The notes: generated by a model not told the origin, from the sequence alone. A DNA stretch of 64,000 nt from an uncultured Candidatus Peribacteria bacterium (GCA_964458645.1 CAYWJU010000001.1:99784-163783), one strand, 5' to 3'. Shown: positions 35,106 through 44,109, counted from the first letter of the stretch. Made by a program: numbers and translations.

Positions 35106-35690
35106 ATGCGCATCCTTGGTGTCGACCCCGGCCTGGCCACCATCGGTGTGGGATTGGTGGAACGCGATGCGCGACGCCAAGTGCATTCGCTCGACTGGCT
35201 GGCCATTACCACACCGGCCGGCATGCCGCTGGCCGAACGCTTGAACGAATTAGGCAATGACCTCTCCACGTACCTGAAAGAAGCCAAGCCCGACCTGGCT
35301 GTAGTCGAACGCCTGTTCTTCGCAACCAACAAACAAACAGCAATCGATGTCGCACAAGGACGCGGTGTTATTCTTGCCACCTTGGCGAAGCACGGCATTC
35401 CGGTACTGGAACCGACGCCGCTGCAACTGAAGCTCTGCGTCACGGGCGACGGCCGCGCCGACAAACGCCAGGTGCAGGACATGGTCATGCGCACGCTGAA
35501 ACTCGACGAACGACCGACTCCGGTCGATGCCGCCGATGCATTGGCGCTCGCGATCTACGGCGCGTTCGTGCATCAACCGTTAGCCACCGGCAACAACTCC
35601 TTTGGCGGAAACCTGCCAACGGTGAACAGGCGCCCCGATGTCGCCGGGAAGGTGGGTGGCCGTCAGAAACACCTGGCAGCCGGAAAGTGA
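35106..35690 (+). CDS. ruvC: crossover junction endodeoxyribonuclease RuvC
   Basis: MRILGVDPGLATIGVG, VVERLFF, GDGRADKRQV, DAADALALAI. Confidence 0.9.
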   Translation: MRILGVDPGLATIGVGLVERDARRQVHSLDWLAITTPAGMPLAERLNELGNDLSTYLKEAKPDLAVVERLFFATNKQTAIDVAQGRGVILATLAKHGIPVLEPTPLQLKLCVTGDGRADKRQVQDMVMRTLKLDERPTPVDAADALALAIYGAFVHQPLATGNNSFGGNLPTVNRRPDVAGKVGGRQKHLAAGK

Positions 35691-36686
35691 CGTCAGCAAC
35701 GCATGCTGGTGACGGTCATCCAGTTCGGAGAACACATCATCCAGGATAATGACGGGCTGTTCTTTCTTGATGGTGCGGAACTGATCCATGCAGGTGAATA
35801 GCAGCGCCAGCAAGCTCGCCCGTTGCTGGCCGCGCGAAGCGAACGAACTGATGTCACGGCCATCGGCCGACACGCGCCAGTCGTCGCGGTGCGGACCCAC
35901 CGTGGTAGAACCCACGATACAATCGCGTGAACGGTAGTGCAGCAATTGCTCCACCAACTCTTTGGCCAATACCTGTTCCTCGGTGGCTGTTGTTTTACGC
36001 ACGTATTCGATGCGAACGTCCTTCCATGCTTCGCCAAGCGAGCGCAGATGTTCCGGGAAGCCTTCGTTCCAGCCGGACACGATGTTGAGACGTTTGCACT
36101 GCAACACGGCACCGCACTTGGCCAAGTCTGCGTCCCATGGTTCCAGCTCGGTTTCTTTGGCTTCGCCCTCGGCGATGCGCTTCAGGAGCGCGTTGCGCTG
36201 CTTCAACAACCGCTCATATTCCATGCGCAGCGGCAGAAACTTGGGGTCCAATTGGGCCAATAATCCATCCAGCAGACTGCGGCGGCGGTCGGGGCCACCG
36301 GAGAACAGTCCCAAGTCTTGCGGTAGAAATACCACCGACGGCAAGGCACCGACGAACTCGGCGAACGGCACGCGCACGTCGTTGATGAAGAACGCTTTGG
36401 ATTTGCGCGGTGATAACTGACAGACCACTTCCAGCGCTCGCTCTTCCCCTGCATCCGACACGGTTGCCGCCCGCACTTTAAAGAAGATCTCGCCCCAGCG
36501 CGCCACATCCTCGATCTCGCCGCCCAATGCAGAGCGGCCGAGGGACAAAAACGAGATCGCCTCGGCCAAGTTGGTCTTGCCAGTGCCGTTCTCGCCCACG
36601 AATGCCTCTATGCCGGGCTTGCTAAACGATAGCTCGAGCAAGCGATGTGAACGAAAGCGATCGAGGAGCAACGTGGTAATGCGCAC
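35580..36686 (-). CDS. recF: DNA replication and repair protein RecF
   Basis: Walker A GENGTGKTNLAEAI, signature SRGQQRASLLAL, Walker B VIILDDVFSELD. Confidence 0.92.
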   Translation of the reverse strand: MRITTLLLDRFRSHRLLELSFSKPGIEAFVGENGTGKTNLAEAISFLSLGRSALGGEIEDVARWGEIFFKVRAATVSDAGEERALEVVCQLSPRKSKAFFINDVRVPFAEFVGALPSVVFLPQDLGLFSGGPDRRRSLLDGLLAQLDPKFLPLRMEYERLLKQRNALLKRIAEGEAKETELEPWDADLAKCGAVLQCKRLNIVSGWNEGFPEHLRSLGEAWKDVRIEYVRKTTATEEQVLAKELVEQLLHYRSRDCIVGSTTVGPHRDDWRVSADGRDISSFASRGQQRASLLALLFTCMDQFRTIKKEQPVIILDDVFSELDDRHQHALLTSLSGCQVFLTATHLPGDIGAPVHRWQVSAKGVVAGG

Positions 36687-36773
36687 GGCCGAAGCTTACC
36701 CACGATTCGCAGGAGGGAGAAGGATACGGAAAACAAAAAAGTTAGTGGTCAGGAAGCGGCTGTCATCTGACAA

Positions 36774-36815
36774 CTACCTACTGCCTACTGTCTACTGCCT
36801 ACTATCTTCTGCCCA
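36774..36815. repeat. tandem heptamer repeat, about 6 units (CTGCCTA and variants)
   Basis: CTACCTA CTGCCTA CTGTCTA CTGCCTA CTATCTT CTGCCCA, spanning the stop codon of the NUDIX gene. Confidence 0.65.
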
Positions 36816-37369
36816 CACTCCTTCAGCACCTCATGGATTACATCCAAGTAGGCCTTGCGCGTAATGTACTGCGGCAACTGTTCCGGTAACACCCACACAT
36901 ACGCATCCACTTCATTACGATCAACCTGCACGACAATGTCCTTTTGCGTGCAAAACGCCACAAAGCACAGCTTTTGACCGGTATTGATGGGATTGTAACG
37001 CTGGACGAATTCGGGTGGAAAATCGTATGAATAACTATGACAACTGCTCAGTAAGACTTCACCCAGCTTCAAGCCGGCTTCTTCGTGCACTTCGCGCGCT
37101 GCAGCTTGTTCGATGCTTTCACCGGCCTCCACTCCACCTTGCGGCAACTGCCAGGCATCGTGAATACGTGGCTTATGCAAAAGCAGAATTTGGTGGATAG
37201 TCGCACACTCTCCGCCTGGAACGCAGACCTCCACGGGCTTGAGCACCAATGCCGATACGGCACTGCGGTAACGTTTTTCTTTCTGCTCCATGACCTCCAC
37301 TATAGCGTGTGCCGCCGCGAAGCCAAGATTCGGCGCATACGAAAAACACCACCTCGTCCCATAGGACAT
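36785..37369 (-). CDS. NUDIX hydrolase
   Basis: Nudix box GGVEAGESIEQAAAREVHEEAGL. The start at 37369 overlaps the rpmG stop (TAATG). An alternative start is the ATG at 37291. Confidence 0.85.
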   Translation of the reverse strand: MSYGTRWCFSYAPNLGFAAAHAIVEVMEQKEKRYRSAVSALVLKPVEVCVPGGECATIHQILLLHKPRIHDAWQLPQGGVEAGESIEQAAAREVHEEAGLKLGEVLLSSCHSYSYDFPPEFVQRYNPINTGQKLCFVAFCTQKDIVVQVDRNEVDAYVWVLPEQLPQYITRKAYLDVIHEVLKECGQKIVGSRQ

Positions 37370-37551
37370 TAGCTGGAGTGCTTCTCTTCCTTCAGCTTCA
37401 CTTTCACGCGCTTCTTGCAGTTCGGGCAGTACTTGTGCAACTCGCGGAAGTCAGCTTTCTTGGATTTGAGGATGCGCACAGTGCAGATGCGCTTTCCGCA
37501 TCCTTCGGTTGTGCAGTAGCCGGCGTAAACAGTACCCTTACCTCGTGGCAT
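37369..37551 (-). CDS. rpmG: 50S ribosomal protein L33 (probable)
   Basis: 60 aa, basic, with two Cys pairs (C..GC ... KYCPNCKK). The C-terminal half matches the L33 pattern LE.KKYCP.C.KH..H.E.K. Confidence 0.6.
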   Translation of the reverse strand: MPRGKGTVYAGYCTTEGCGKRICTVRILKSKKADFRELHKYCPNCKKRVKVKLKEEKHSS

Positions 37552-37563
37552 AGCCGCGCTACT

Positions 37564-38460
37564 TTACTTTGGAAGAGTCAGGAGCGCAAGACCCAGGAAC
37601 ACGATTCCGAAACTGACCAGCTTCACACGCACCGAACGGGCCGATAACAGCTCTTTGGGGGCATATGATGGCAGAATCCATGCCATGAGCGCAGCCAGTC
37701 CGATGACCATGAACGGCTGAATATTGCTGACAACCGACACCAAGGAAATGGGTCCGTACAGGTACGACAATCCGCCGGTGAATTCGCCGAACAGGAAACA
37801 GGCAATGACCGCGCCTCCAATAGCGAAGAATTTCCAATCCATGACCTTCACGAGATGCTTGATGCGTTTGCGATACGCGGGCACGAGGCACGGTAACAGC
37901 AATGCGATGGTCTCACGTCCGACGATCAGCCAGAAAAACACCGCCACCACATCTTGCCCGGCCAGCAGCGCGGCTTTTTTGGCAACGTACGTGGGAATGT
38001 AGAGCGCCGCGAGCAGTACCAGGGTGCCGAGTGTCCGCAACAGCGAACCGGATTCCGCATGATGAAACGACAGGAAGAATACGCCCGCAAGAATAAGTGC
38101 CGCTCCTGCCGCCTGCAGCAACGTCCACGATTCCTGGAACAGTGCGAACCCGGCAATACTGAGAAAGATGGAAAGAATCGGCCACGCAGCATTGGTAATG
38201 GATACGTCTAAATGACCGAGCACCCAAAAGAAGAACAGGTCAGCCAGGTACGCACACAGGCCCATGGCGAACAGCAGCGGCCACCACGAGGTATGCAAGT
38301 CGTAGAAACACGCCAGAATCGCCAGTACAACCACGCTGAACAGCGACTGGCTCCACATCAGCACAACCGGATGCTTCTCGTAATGGCGCACCAGAAGTGA
38401 GTCGAGCACGTTGACGAGCGCCCAGCCGAACGACGACAGCAAAATAAAGGTGAGCCACAT
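37564..38460 (-). CDS. EamA/DMT family transporter
   Basis: 298 aa, about 10 TM helices in two homologous halves. Confidence 0.8.
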   Translation of the reverse strand: MWLTFILLSSFGWALVNVLDSLLVRHYEKHPVVLMWSQSLFSVVVLAILACFYDLHTSWWPLLFAMGLCAYLADLFFFWVLGHLDVSITNAAWPILSIFLSIAGFALFQESWTLLQAAGAALILAGVFFLSFHHAESGSLLRTLGTLVLLAALYIPTYVAKKAALLAGQDVVAVFFWLIVGRETIALLLPCLVPAYRKRIKHLVKVMDWKFFAIGGAVIACFLFGEFTGGLSYLYGPISLVSVVSNIQPFMVIGLAALMAWILPSYAPKELLSARSVRVKLVSFGIVFLGLALLTLPK

Positions 38461-38516
38461 GGCGCATGCAGTGTAGCGCTGTACCCTTCAAAAGATACGG
38501 TGGCTATACTGAGGAC

Positions 38517-39128
38517 ATGCCCAACATCCGAACCGTCATCTTCGATCTCGGCGGCGTCTATTTCACCGAAGGCGTGCGGCAATTCGTCCGCAAGATGCAG
38601 GAACGCTTCTCGGTGGACGAACAACAAGTGCGGCACATCGTGGACGGCGAGCTGGGGAGGCACTACCGCACCGGTGAAGCAACGCCTGCGCAGTTCTGGT
38701 CTGAGGCGATGGCATTCTGGAAGCTAGATTCTTCGAAGCTGGAAGACGTGAAAGCCTCGTGGCTGGAAGGCTATGTGCCGATAGAGGGAACCATCGACAT
38801 TATCGAAGCACTGCGTGGCGGCGGGTATGAACTACTCTTCCTTTCGGACAACGCCCCCGACCGCGTGGAGTATCTGGAATCGCGCTATCACTTCCTGGGG
38901 CGCTTTAAGGCAGGCGTGTTCTCGAACCTGGTTGGTGTTCGCAAACCTCACCCCAAGATGTACGAAGCCGCGCTCAAACTGACTGCCACTCCTGCGCAGG
39001 AGTGCGTGTACATCGATGACAAACCGCCGCTGCTTGAACCGGCCAAGGCACTCGGAGTGCATACAATCGCCTTCAAGGACCCCGAGCAACTCAAAACCGA
39101 TCTGCGCGCACTGGGAGTCGCGATTTAG
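38517..39128 (+). CDS. HAD-superfamily hydrolase
   Basis: Motif I VIFDLGGV, motif II LSDN, motif III/IV K....Y......ECVYIDDK. Confidence 0.8.
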   Translation: MPNIRTVIFDLGGVYFTEGVRQFVRKMQERFSVDEQQVRHIVDGELGRHYRTGEATPAQFWSEAMAFWKLDSSKLEDVKASWLEGYVPIEGTIDIIEALRGGGYELLFLSDNAPDRVEYLESRYHFLGRFKAGVFSNLVGVRKPHPKMYEAALKLTATPAQECVYIDDKPPLLEPAKALGVHTIAFKDPEQLKTDLRALGVAI

Positions 39129-40048
39129 TGTCCCGACTGCAAGTAGTTGAACGCGCTGTTGGCGGCAACCGTCGCCTCCCCCGCTGCGGTGGTGAACTGT
39201 GCGAAGTGGTTGCTGCCGCTGGTAACGTCACCAGCGCCGAACACGCCCGGCACCGTGGTGCGCTGCGCTTCGTCGACCTTCAGAAAACCTTTGTCATCCA
39301 ACGCGCAGCCCAGCTGTTTCGGCAAATCCACCGCCGGCGTGGAACCGATTTCAATGAACACGCCATCCACGGCAAGCAGGTCGGACCCGTTGAACGGTTT
39401 ATCGAGCTTGATTCCCGTCACTTTCTTGTCGCCTACGATTTGCGTGACGTTGCGCTCCAACACCAGAACGATGTTCTCCTTCGACTTCACCTTATCCACC
39501 CAGTACGGCTCGGCGCGGAACTCGTTGCGGCGGTGCACTAGGTACACGGTCTTGGCGACCTGAGCGGCAATTGCCGCACCTTCCACGGCGCTATCGCCTC
39601 CGCCCAGCACGGCTACGGTCTTGTTGCGATAGAAGAACGCGTCGCAGGTGGCGCAGTATGTTACGCCCTTGCCCGAGAATTCAGTTTCGCCCGGCGCACC
39701 GAGATGGCGCTTGTTGGAGCCGGTGGCGAAGATGATCGTCTTGCCCTCGACGGTGGTGCCGTCACCGAGCGTGAAGCGGAATCCGCCGTCGATTTTGTCG
39801 ATCTTGTTCACGCGGCTGATTTTGTGCGTGACCAAATCACCGAAGCTCAGTGCGTGCTTCTTGAAGTTCTCCATGAGGTCCGGCCCGCGGATTTCCACCG
39901 TGCCCGGCCAGTTGCCGACTTCGGCCGCAGTCTGACCCATACCACCTTCGTCGGCGCCCACAATGAACACCTTCAGCTTATACCGAGCCGCATACACGGC
40001 AGCGGTGTAACCGCCGCAACCCAAGCCAACAATAAGGATGTCGTACAT
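39125..40048 (-). CDS. trxB: thioredoxin-disulfide reductase
   Basis: FAD motif GLGCGGYTAAVYAAR, redox centre CATCDAFF, NADPH motif GGGDSAVEGA, and GVFGAGDV. Confidence 0.95.
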   Translation of the reverse strand: MYDILIVGLGCGGYTAAVYAARYKLKVFIVGADEGGMGQTAAEVGNWPGTVEIRGPDLMENFKKHALSFGDLVTHKISRVNKIDKIDGGFRFTLGDGTTVEGKTIIFATGSNKRHLGAPGETEFSGKGVTYCATCDAFFYRNKTVAVLGGGDSAVEGAAIAAQVAKTVYLVHRRNEFRAEPYWVDKVKSKENIVLVLERNVTQIVGDKKVTGIKLDKPFNGSDLLAVDGVFIEIGSTPAVDLPKQLGCALDDKGFLKVDEAQRTTVPGVFGAGDVTSGSNHFAQFTTAAGEATVAANSAFNYLQSGH

Positions 40049-40087
40049 GGGTGAATCATGCCGAGTGAAAAGAAAAATGTAAATGCT

Positions 40088-40181
40088 GGAGGAATCCGAA
40101 GAAACCGAGGAAGCCGACGATTCCGATGATTGTTGCCTTTCGTCGTACTCCTCGGACTCTTTGGCTTCTTCGGATTCCTCC
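40088..40181. repeat. triplet-periodic imperfect palindrome (about 94 bp) in the trxB leader; homologous to 26491-26588
   Basis: GGAGGAATCCGAAGAAACCGAGGAAGCCGACGATTCC...CGTCGTACTCCTCGGACTCTTTGGCTTCTTCGGATTCCTCC. Confidence 0.65.
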
Positions 40182-40945
40182 TAGTGCAACACCTGAAACA
40201 TCCACCCATACAGTCTCTGCGCACCTTCTACCAAACGCGGGCCAGGACGATTCAGCAGCGAATCATCGATCACGAACACGTTATTACTCTTCGCCGCACG
40301 TAACTCACCCCAGCCCGCACGTTCCATCAGCAACTTTTTTTCCGCAAAACGTCCGGCACCGCAGATGCTGAGTACGATCAGATCCGGATCGAACGCTTGG
40401 ATTTCAGCCAGCGAGACTTCACGGCTGGCGCTTTTTGGCGGCAATGCCAACGACCGACCGCCGGCAAGAGCCACCACGTCGGGCACCCAGTTGCCGCTCA
40501 CCATCGGCGGGTTGTGCCACTCTTCCACATACACTTTGGGCTTCGACCCCAGCAACTTCCCTTTCTTGCGTACGTCGGCAAAACCGTTGTGCATGTCCAT
40601 GACCAATTGGTTGGCCTCCTTTTCTTTCCCGAGCAGCAGTCCAATCGACCGAATGCATTCGTCGATGTCGCCCAGCGTACGCGGGTCCTGGTGAATGACG
40701 GCGAACTGCTGCGTTGCTTTCAGCATGGCAGCCAATTTTTCCTGAACGAGTGTTGCCGTGAAAACGACTTCCGGCTTGTACTGAAAGAGCGCATCGGCAT
40801 CGATTCGCTGGTGATCTTTCAGGTGTGGGATGGTCGCGGCATCCGACGGCGTGTCGCTGAATTGGTCGACGCACACGATCTGTGTACCAGCACCGATGGC
40901 GAAGAGAATTTCCGTGGTGGCCGGTGACAACGAGGCAATGCGCAT
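40181..40945 (-). CDS. BtuF/FhuD-like (Peripla_BP_2) cobalamin- or siderophore-binding-type protein without a signal peptide
   Basis: MRIASLSPATTEILFAIGAG..IVCVDQFS, PDLIVL, GPRLVEGAQ. The start is set at MRIASL. No ABC permease or ATPase gene is nearby. Confidence 0.7.
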   Translation of the reverse strand: MRIASLSPATTEILFAIGAGTQIVCVDQFSDTPSDAATIPHLKDHQRIDADALFQYKPEVVFTATLVQEKLAAMLKATQQFAVIHQDPRTLGDIDECIRSIGLLLGKEKEANQLVMDMHNGFADVRKKGKLLGSKPKVYVEEWHNPPMVSGNWVPDVVALAGGRSLALPPKSASREVSLAEIQAFDPDLIVLSICGAGRFAEKKLLMERAGWGELRAAKSNNVFVIDDSLLNRPGPRLVEGAQRLYGWMFQVLH

Positions 40946-41037
40946 TCGTACCTGCAGCATAGCGCGCGCACTGCTACGACAACATGCGAACGACGCCTGC
41001 ATATTGCATAGGACTTGCCATGAACTAGAATGCGAGA

Positions 41038-41412
41038 ATGATCAACACTCTCGTCACTATCATTGTTGTCTGTCTGGTGGGAGGCTTACTGCTCTTTGGC
41101 CTCTACGATTTGCTGGAGGGGATTTTTGATCTCGGCAAGATCGGCCATAATGTGCAGAAGCAAAAGGCAGTTGCGGAACATGGTGAACCGGCAAAGGCAC
41201 GCGTTTTGTCCATCCAGCAAACAGGCACATTCGTGAATGAAAACCCCATGGTACACATGACGCTGGAGATACAGCGGGAAGGGCAAAAGCCCTATGAGGC
41301 AACGATTGAAACCATTGTGGAACTCGTAGCCATACCTCGTGTGCAACCCGGCTGTGAGCTGTCGGTACGCGTCGATGTGAAGAACCCAAGCACGATTGCG
41401 TTGGTGTGGTGA
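41038..41412 (+). CDS. small N-terminally anchored protein, paralog 1
   Basis: 124 aa. TM helix, then a beta-rich domain (A.V..I...G...N..PM..M.LE..R...). Confidence 0.6.
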   Translation: MINTLVTIIVVCLVGGLLLFGLYDLLEGIFDLGKIGHNVQKQKAVAEHGEPAKARVLSIQQTGTFVNENPMVHMTLEIQREGQKPYEATIETIVELVAIPRVQPGCELSVRVDVKNPSTIALVW

Positions 41413-41473
41413 TGCGGCTGCAAATTAGGGAATGCATGCTGGTGCATTGAGGGCAATCCCCTACACTGCGGAC

Positions 41474-41845
41474 ATGCAAAGCGCGCTCGTGATTGTGGTC
41501 ATTTGCTTGGGAGTGGCAGGGGTGCTGTGGGGTCTGCACAAGTTTGGCGGCATGTTTCCCGACTTGGCAACAACGGACTCCGACACCGTACGGCATGCCA
41601 AAGTGTTGCGTTGGGGCGTGAGCGGACAGGCTGTGGTCGTATCGGTGAATTCGACCAAAGCATCTGTCGGTGATGACCCGGTCATGATGGTGAAGCTCAT
41701 GGTCCGGAAAGAGCACTGGCAACCCTACGAAGTCACACTGCACACCACACTCAAGCCGAGCGTACTCGCACAACTGCAACCTGGTTCCGACATACCGGTG
41801 AAAATCGACCCAAAACATCCGGAGAGTGTTGCAATCGCGTTGTAG
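41474..41845 (+). CDS. small N-terminally anchored protein, paralog 2
   Basis: 123 aa from the internal ATG (MQSALVIVVICLG). Same architecture as paralog 1, and shared motifs (AKVL, DPVMMVKLMV, QPGS...VKIDPK.P). Confidence 0.6.
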   Translation: MQSALVIVVICLGVAGVLWGLHKFGGMFPDLATTDSDTVRHAKVLRWGVSGQAVVVSVNSTKASVGDDPVMMVKLMVRKEHWQPYEVTLHTTLKPSVLAQLQPGSDIPVKIDPKHPESVAIAL

Positions 41846-41937
41846 ACAACCCTTTTTTCTGCGCTGCAAAGCCATAAAGTTGTTTTGGCGAATAGAATTG
41901 ATTGCGCAACTGCAGTCAAGCATGCAATAAAGGGGCC

Positions 41938-43068
41938 ATGAATACTCCCTCCTCTACCAAACAACGAGTTGGCATTTTCACTGGCGGCGGCATTGCCCCA
42001 GGCTTGAATGCGGTGCTTTCCACCGCTGCACGCGTCTTAGTCCAAGAAGGACATCAGGCGGTTGGTTTGCCGGAAGGCTGGAAAGGCCTGCTCAACGTAC
42101 GTGAGGATATTGTGGATTTATCGGGCATGACTCGGCGCGAGTTGCATGACCTGCTCAGTCAAGGCGGTACCGTTTTGCGCAGCTCCCGAACCAAAATTAA
42201 GCCAGAGCACTACGACAAAGTCGCAGAGACTGTGCGCGCCTACGGACTGACCGGACTGATTGCGATTGGAGGCGACGATACGCTCGGCCAAGCGCGCGAA
42301 CTGCAGGAAGCAGGAATCATTCGTGCCATCGGCGTTCCTAAAACCATCGATAACGACGTCGAGGGCACCGACAAAACCTTCGGCTTCGAGTCGGCGGTGA
42401 ACCGTGCCGCCGAACAGATTCGCGACATGCGAACCGACGCAGCATCCATGAGCCGCGTTGCCGTGGTGGAAGTGATGGGCAGAAACGCAGGCTGGATCAC
42501 CCTGCACGCCGGAGAAGCAGGTGGTGCGGATATCACTCTCATTCCGGAGGTAGAAATCAAAGAAGAATATCTTCTGGAAAGAGTGCGCCAGGTGTACTCC
42601 GAACCCGCGGCAAACGGACGTCCGGCGAACTGCGCAGTCATCGCCATTTCCGAAGGCTACTTTGGTGAGGATCCAAACGCTGAGAAAGACGCCTTCGGCC
42701 ACGGAAAGCTCGGCGGGGCCGCAGAGCGATTGGCAAGCATGATTAAGAAGGCCACTGGCCTGGGCACGCAGTCCCAAGTTGTGAATTACTACGCCCGCAA
42801 TGGCGCCCCCGTTGCTCACGACGCAGTCTTCGCCTCTCGTCTCGGTGCGTATGCCGGCATGCTTGCCAGCGCCGACCAATACGGCCATCTGGTTGCATAT
42901 CGCAACGGTCAAATAACCCATGCACCGTTATCGGAGGTAGAAGGCGGTCGCCATGTCCCGTTCGACATGTACGATCCGGAAACATTGTCGATGCGCCTGG
43001 TACCAAAGAACGTCGCCGAAATGATCCGTGCCATGCGCCAGACGATCGACGATAAAACAAGCGTCTAG
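41938..43068 (+). CDS. pfp: 6-phosphofructokinase, pyrophosphate-dependent type
   Basis: GIFTGGGIAPGLN, IGGDDTLG (Asp instead of Gly) and GVPKTIDND (Lys instead of Gly). These two substitutions are associated with PPi use. Confidence 0.8.
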   Translation: MNTPSSTKQRVGIFTGGGIAPGLNAVLSTAARVLVQEGHQAVGLPEGWKGLLNVREDIVDLSGMTRRELHDLLSQGGTVLRSSRTKIKPEHYDKVAETVRAYGLTGLIAIGGDDTLGQARELQEAGIIRAIGVPKTIDNDVEGTDKTFGFESAVNRAAEQIRDMRTDAASMSRVAVVEVMGRNAGWITLHAGEAGGADITLIPEVEIKEEYLLERVRQVYSEPAANGRPANCAVIAISEGYFGEDPNAEKDAFGHGKLGGAAERLASMIKKATGLGTQSQVVNYYARNGAPVAHDAVFASRLGAYAGMLASADQYGHLVAYRNGQITHAPLSEVEGGRHVPFDMYDPETLSMRLVPKNVAEMIRAMRQTIDDKTSV

Positions 43069-43180
43069 CACGCGTCATGCGGTCCGCATTGCTCAGGCAG
43101 CACACGCAACGGAATCACGATGAAAGAACCCCAGCAGCAACGTTGCGACTGGGGTGGGCGTAACCGGAAACACGGCAAGA

Positions 43181-44008
43181 TTAGATTTCTTCAGGGTCGA
43201 AGGTAACCGGGACATCGAACGCTGTGTCGATCAGCGCGTCGAGCGTGACGGGCAGCTTTGCCAGTACCTCGTATGCGTCAGCATGCAGTTGTGCTGCTTC
43301 TTGGCAGGCAATCAGGTCGATCAATCCTTGGAGGGAAATAATTGCCTGCAATCGTTGCCACGCCTCGGCTCTCACAAAAGTGCAATCGACATATTTGCAG
43401 ATGGACAACAGCATTTCTTCGGACAAAGACTCGGATTGGATCTGCTGCCAAAGATCAAACCGAAGGGGTGGCACGTAACGCATCACAAAGATACTTCGCT
43501 CAATCTGATCCGATGTCTCCGGCAACCCAAGCAACGCTTCGGCTGCGCGGATTGCAAGCAAAAGATTCTTCGTTCTCTGAATGGCCTCGCGCAACAATGA
43601 TGCGGTTGGCTTCAGGAGAAGGAATGCATTCCAAGCCGCATGCTGGAGCGCAGGAATCACACACGCAATGTGCATGAGTTGAGAGGCTCGAACATCGCAA
43701 TGCTGCAGCAGTTTTTCCGCTGCGGCAGCACTGTGTGACGAAGCCGACATCGTCAGCAGGAACAAATCATCTGCAGACAAGTCACTCTTCTTAGCCAATT
43801 GAGCCAATGCCTCCAGCGAGACTGCCTCGTTGTCGGATCGACTCATCCATTCGAGTTGCACATTCGACAGCGAGCGCTGGGCAATCGCATGTCGCAGAAG
43901 AGCTGTTTTCAGTTCGGGGACCTTGCATCGGAATGCGTAGGTCAGGAAATCGTTGTCGCTCAACTCACTGAAGAGATTGAGCCACAATGCCAACACCGTC
44001 TGGTACAT
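43181..44008 (-). CDS. all-helical repeat-like hypothetical protein (275 aa)
   Basis: Leu/Ala-rich helical periodicity. No TM helix and no recognised motif. Confidence 0.55.
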   Translation of the reverse strand: MYQTVLALWLNLFSELSDNDFLTYAFRCKVPELKTALLRHAIAQRSLSNVQLEWMSRSDNEAVSLEALAQLAKKSDLSADDLFLLTMSASSHSAAAAEKLLQHCDVRASQLMHIACVIPALQHAAWNAFLLLKPTASLLREAIQRTKNLLLAIRAAEALLGLPETSDQIERSIFVMRYVPPLRFDLWQQIQSESLSEEMLLSICKYVDCTFVRAEAWQRLQAIISLQGLIDLIACQEAAQLHADAYEVLAKLPVTLDALIDTAFDVPVTFDPEEI

Positions 44009-44063
44009 CGAACACTGCCCTCGTCCTTACCCCAAACCTTGGGGCACGAGCCCGTCTTTGGTG

Positions 44064-44109
44064 TGAGACAGGCGACCTACCCACAACCATGAGCACATCG
44101 CCTGTCTCA
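44064..44109. promoter_or_regulatory. perfect 12-bp inverted repeat with a 22-nt spacer in a divergent intergenic region
   Basis: TGAGACAGGCGA (44064-44075) and TCGCCTGTCTCA (44098-44109). The nearby hairpin CCCCAA-ACC-TTGGGG lies at 44030-44044. Confidence 0.5.

Noticed and set aside
40083-40184. Small acidic/Ser-rich ORFs (33 aa here; 37 aa at complement 26477-26590) considered as real micro-proteins.
   Set aside because: They are not annotated as CDS. The DNA is palindromic, so both strands yield similar peptides, which fits a structural repeat at least as well. The question is kept as an open finding rather than a gene call.
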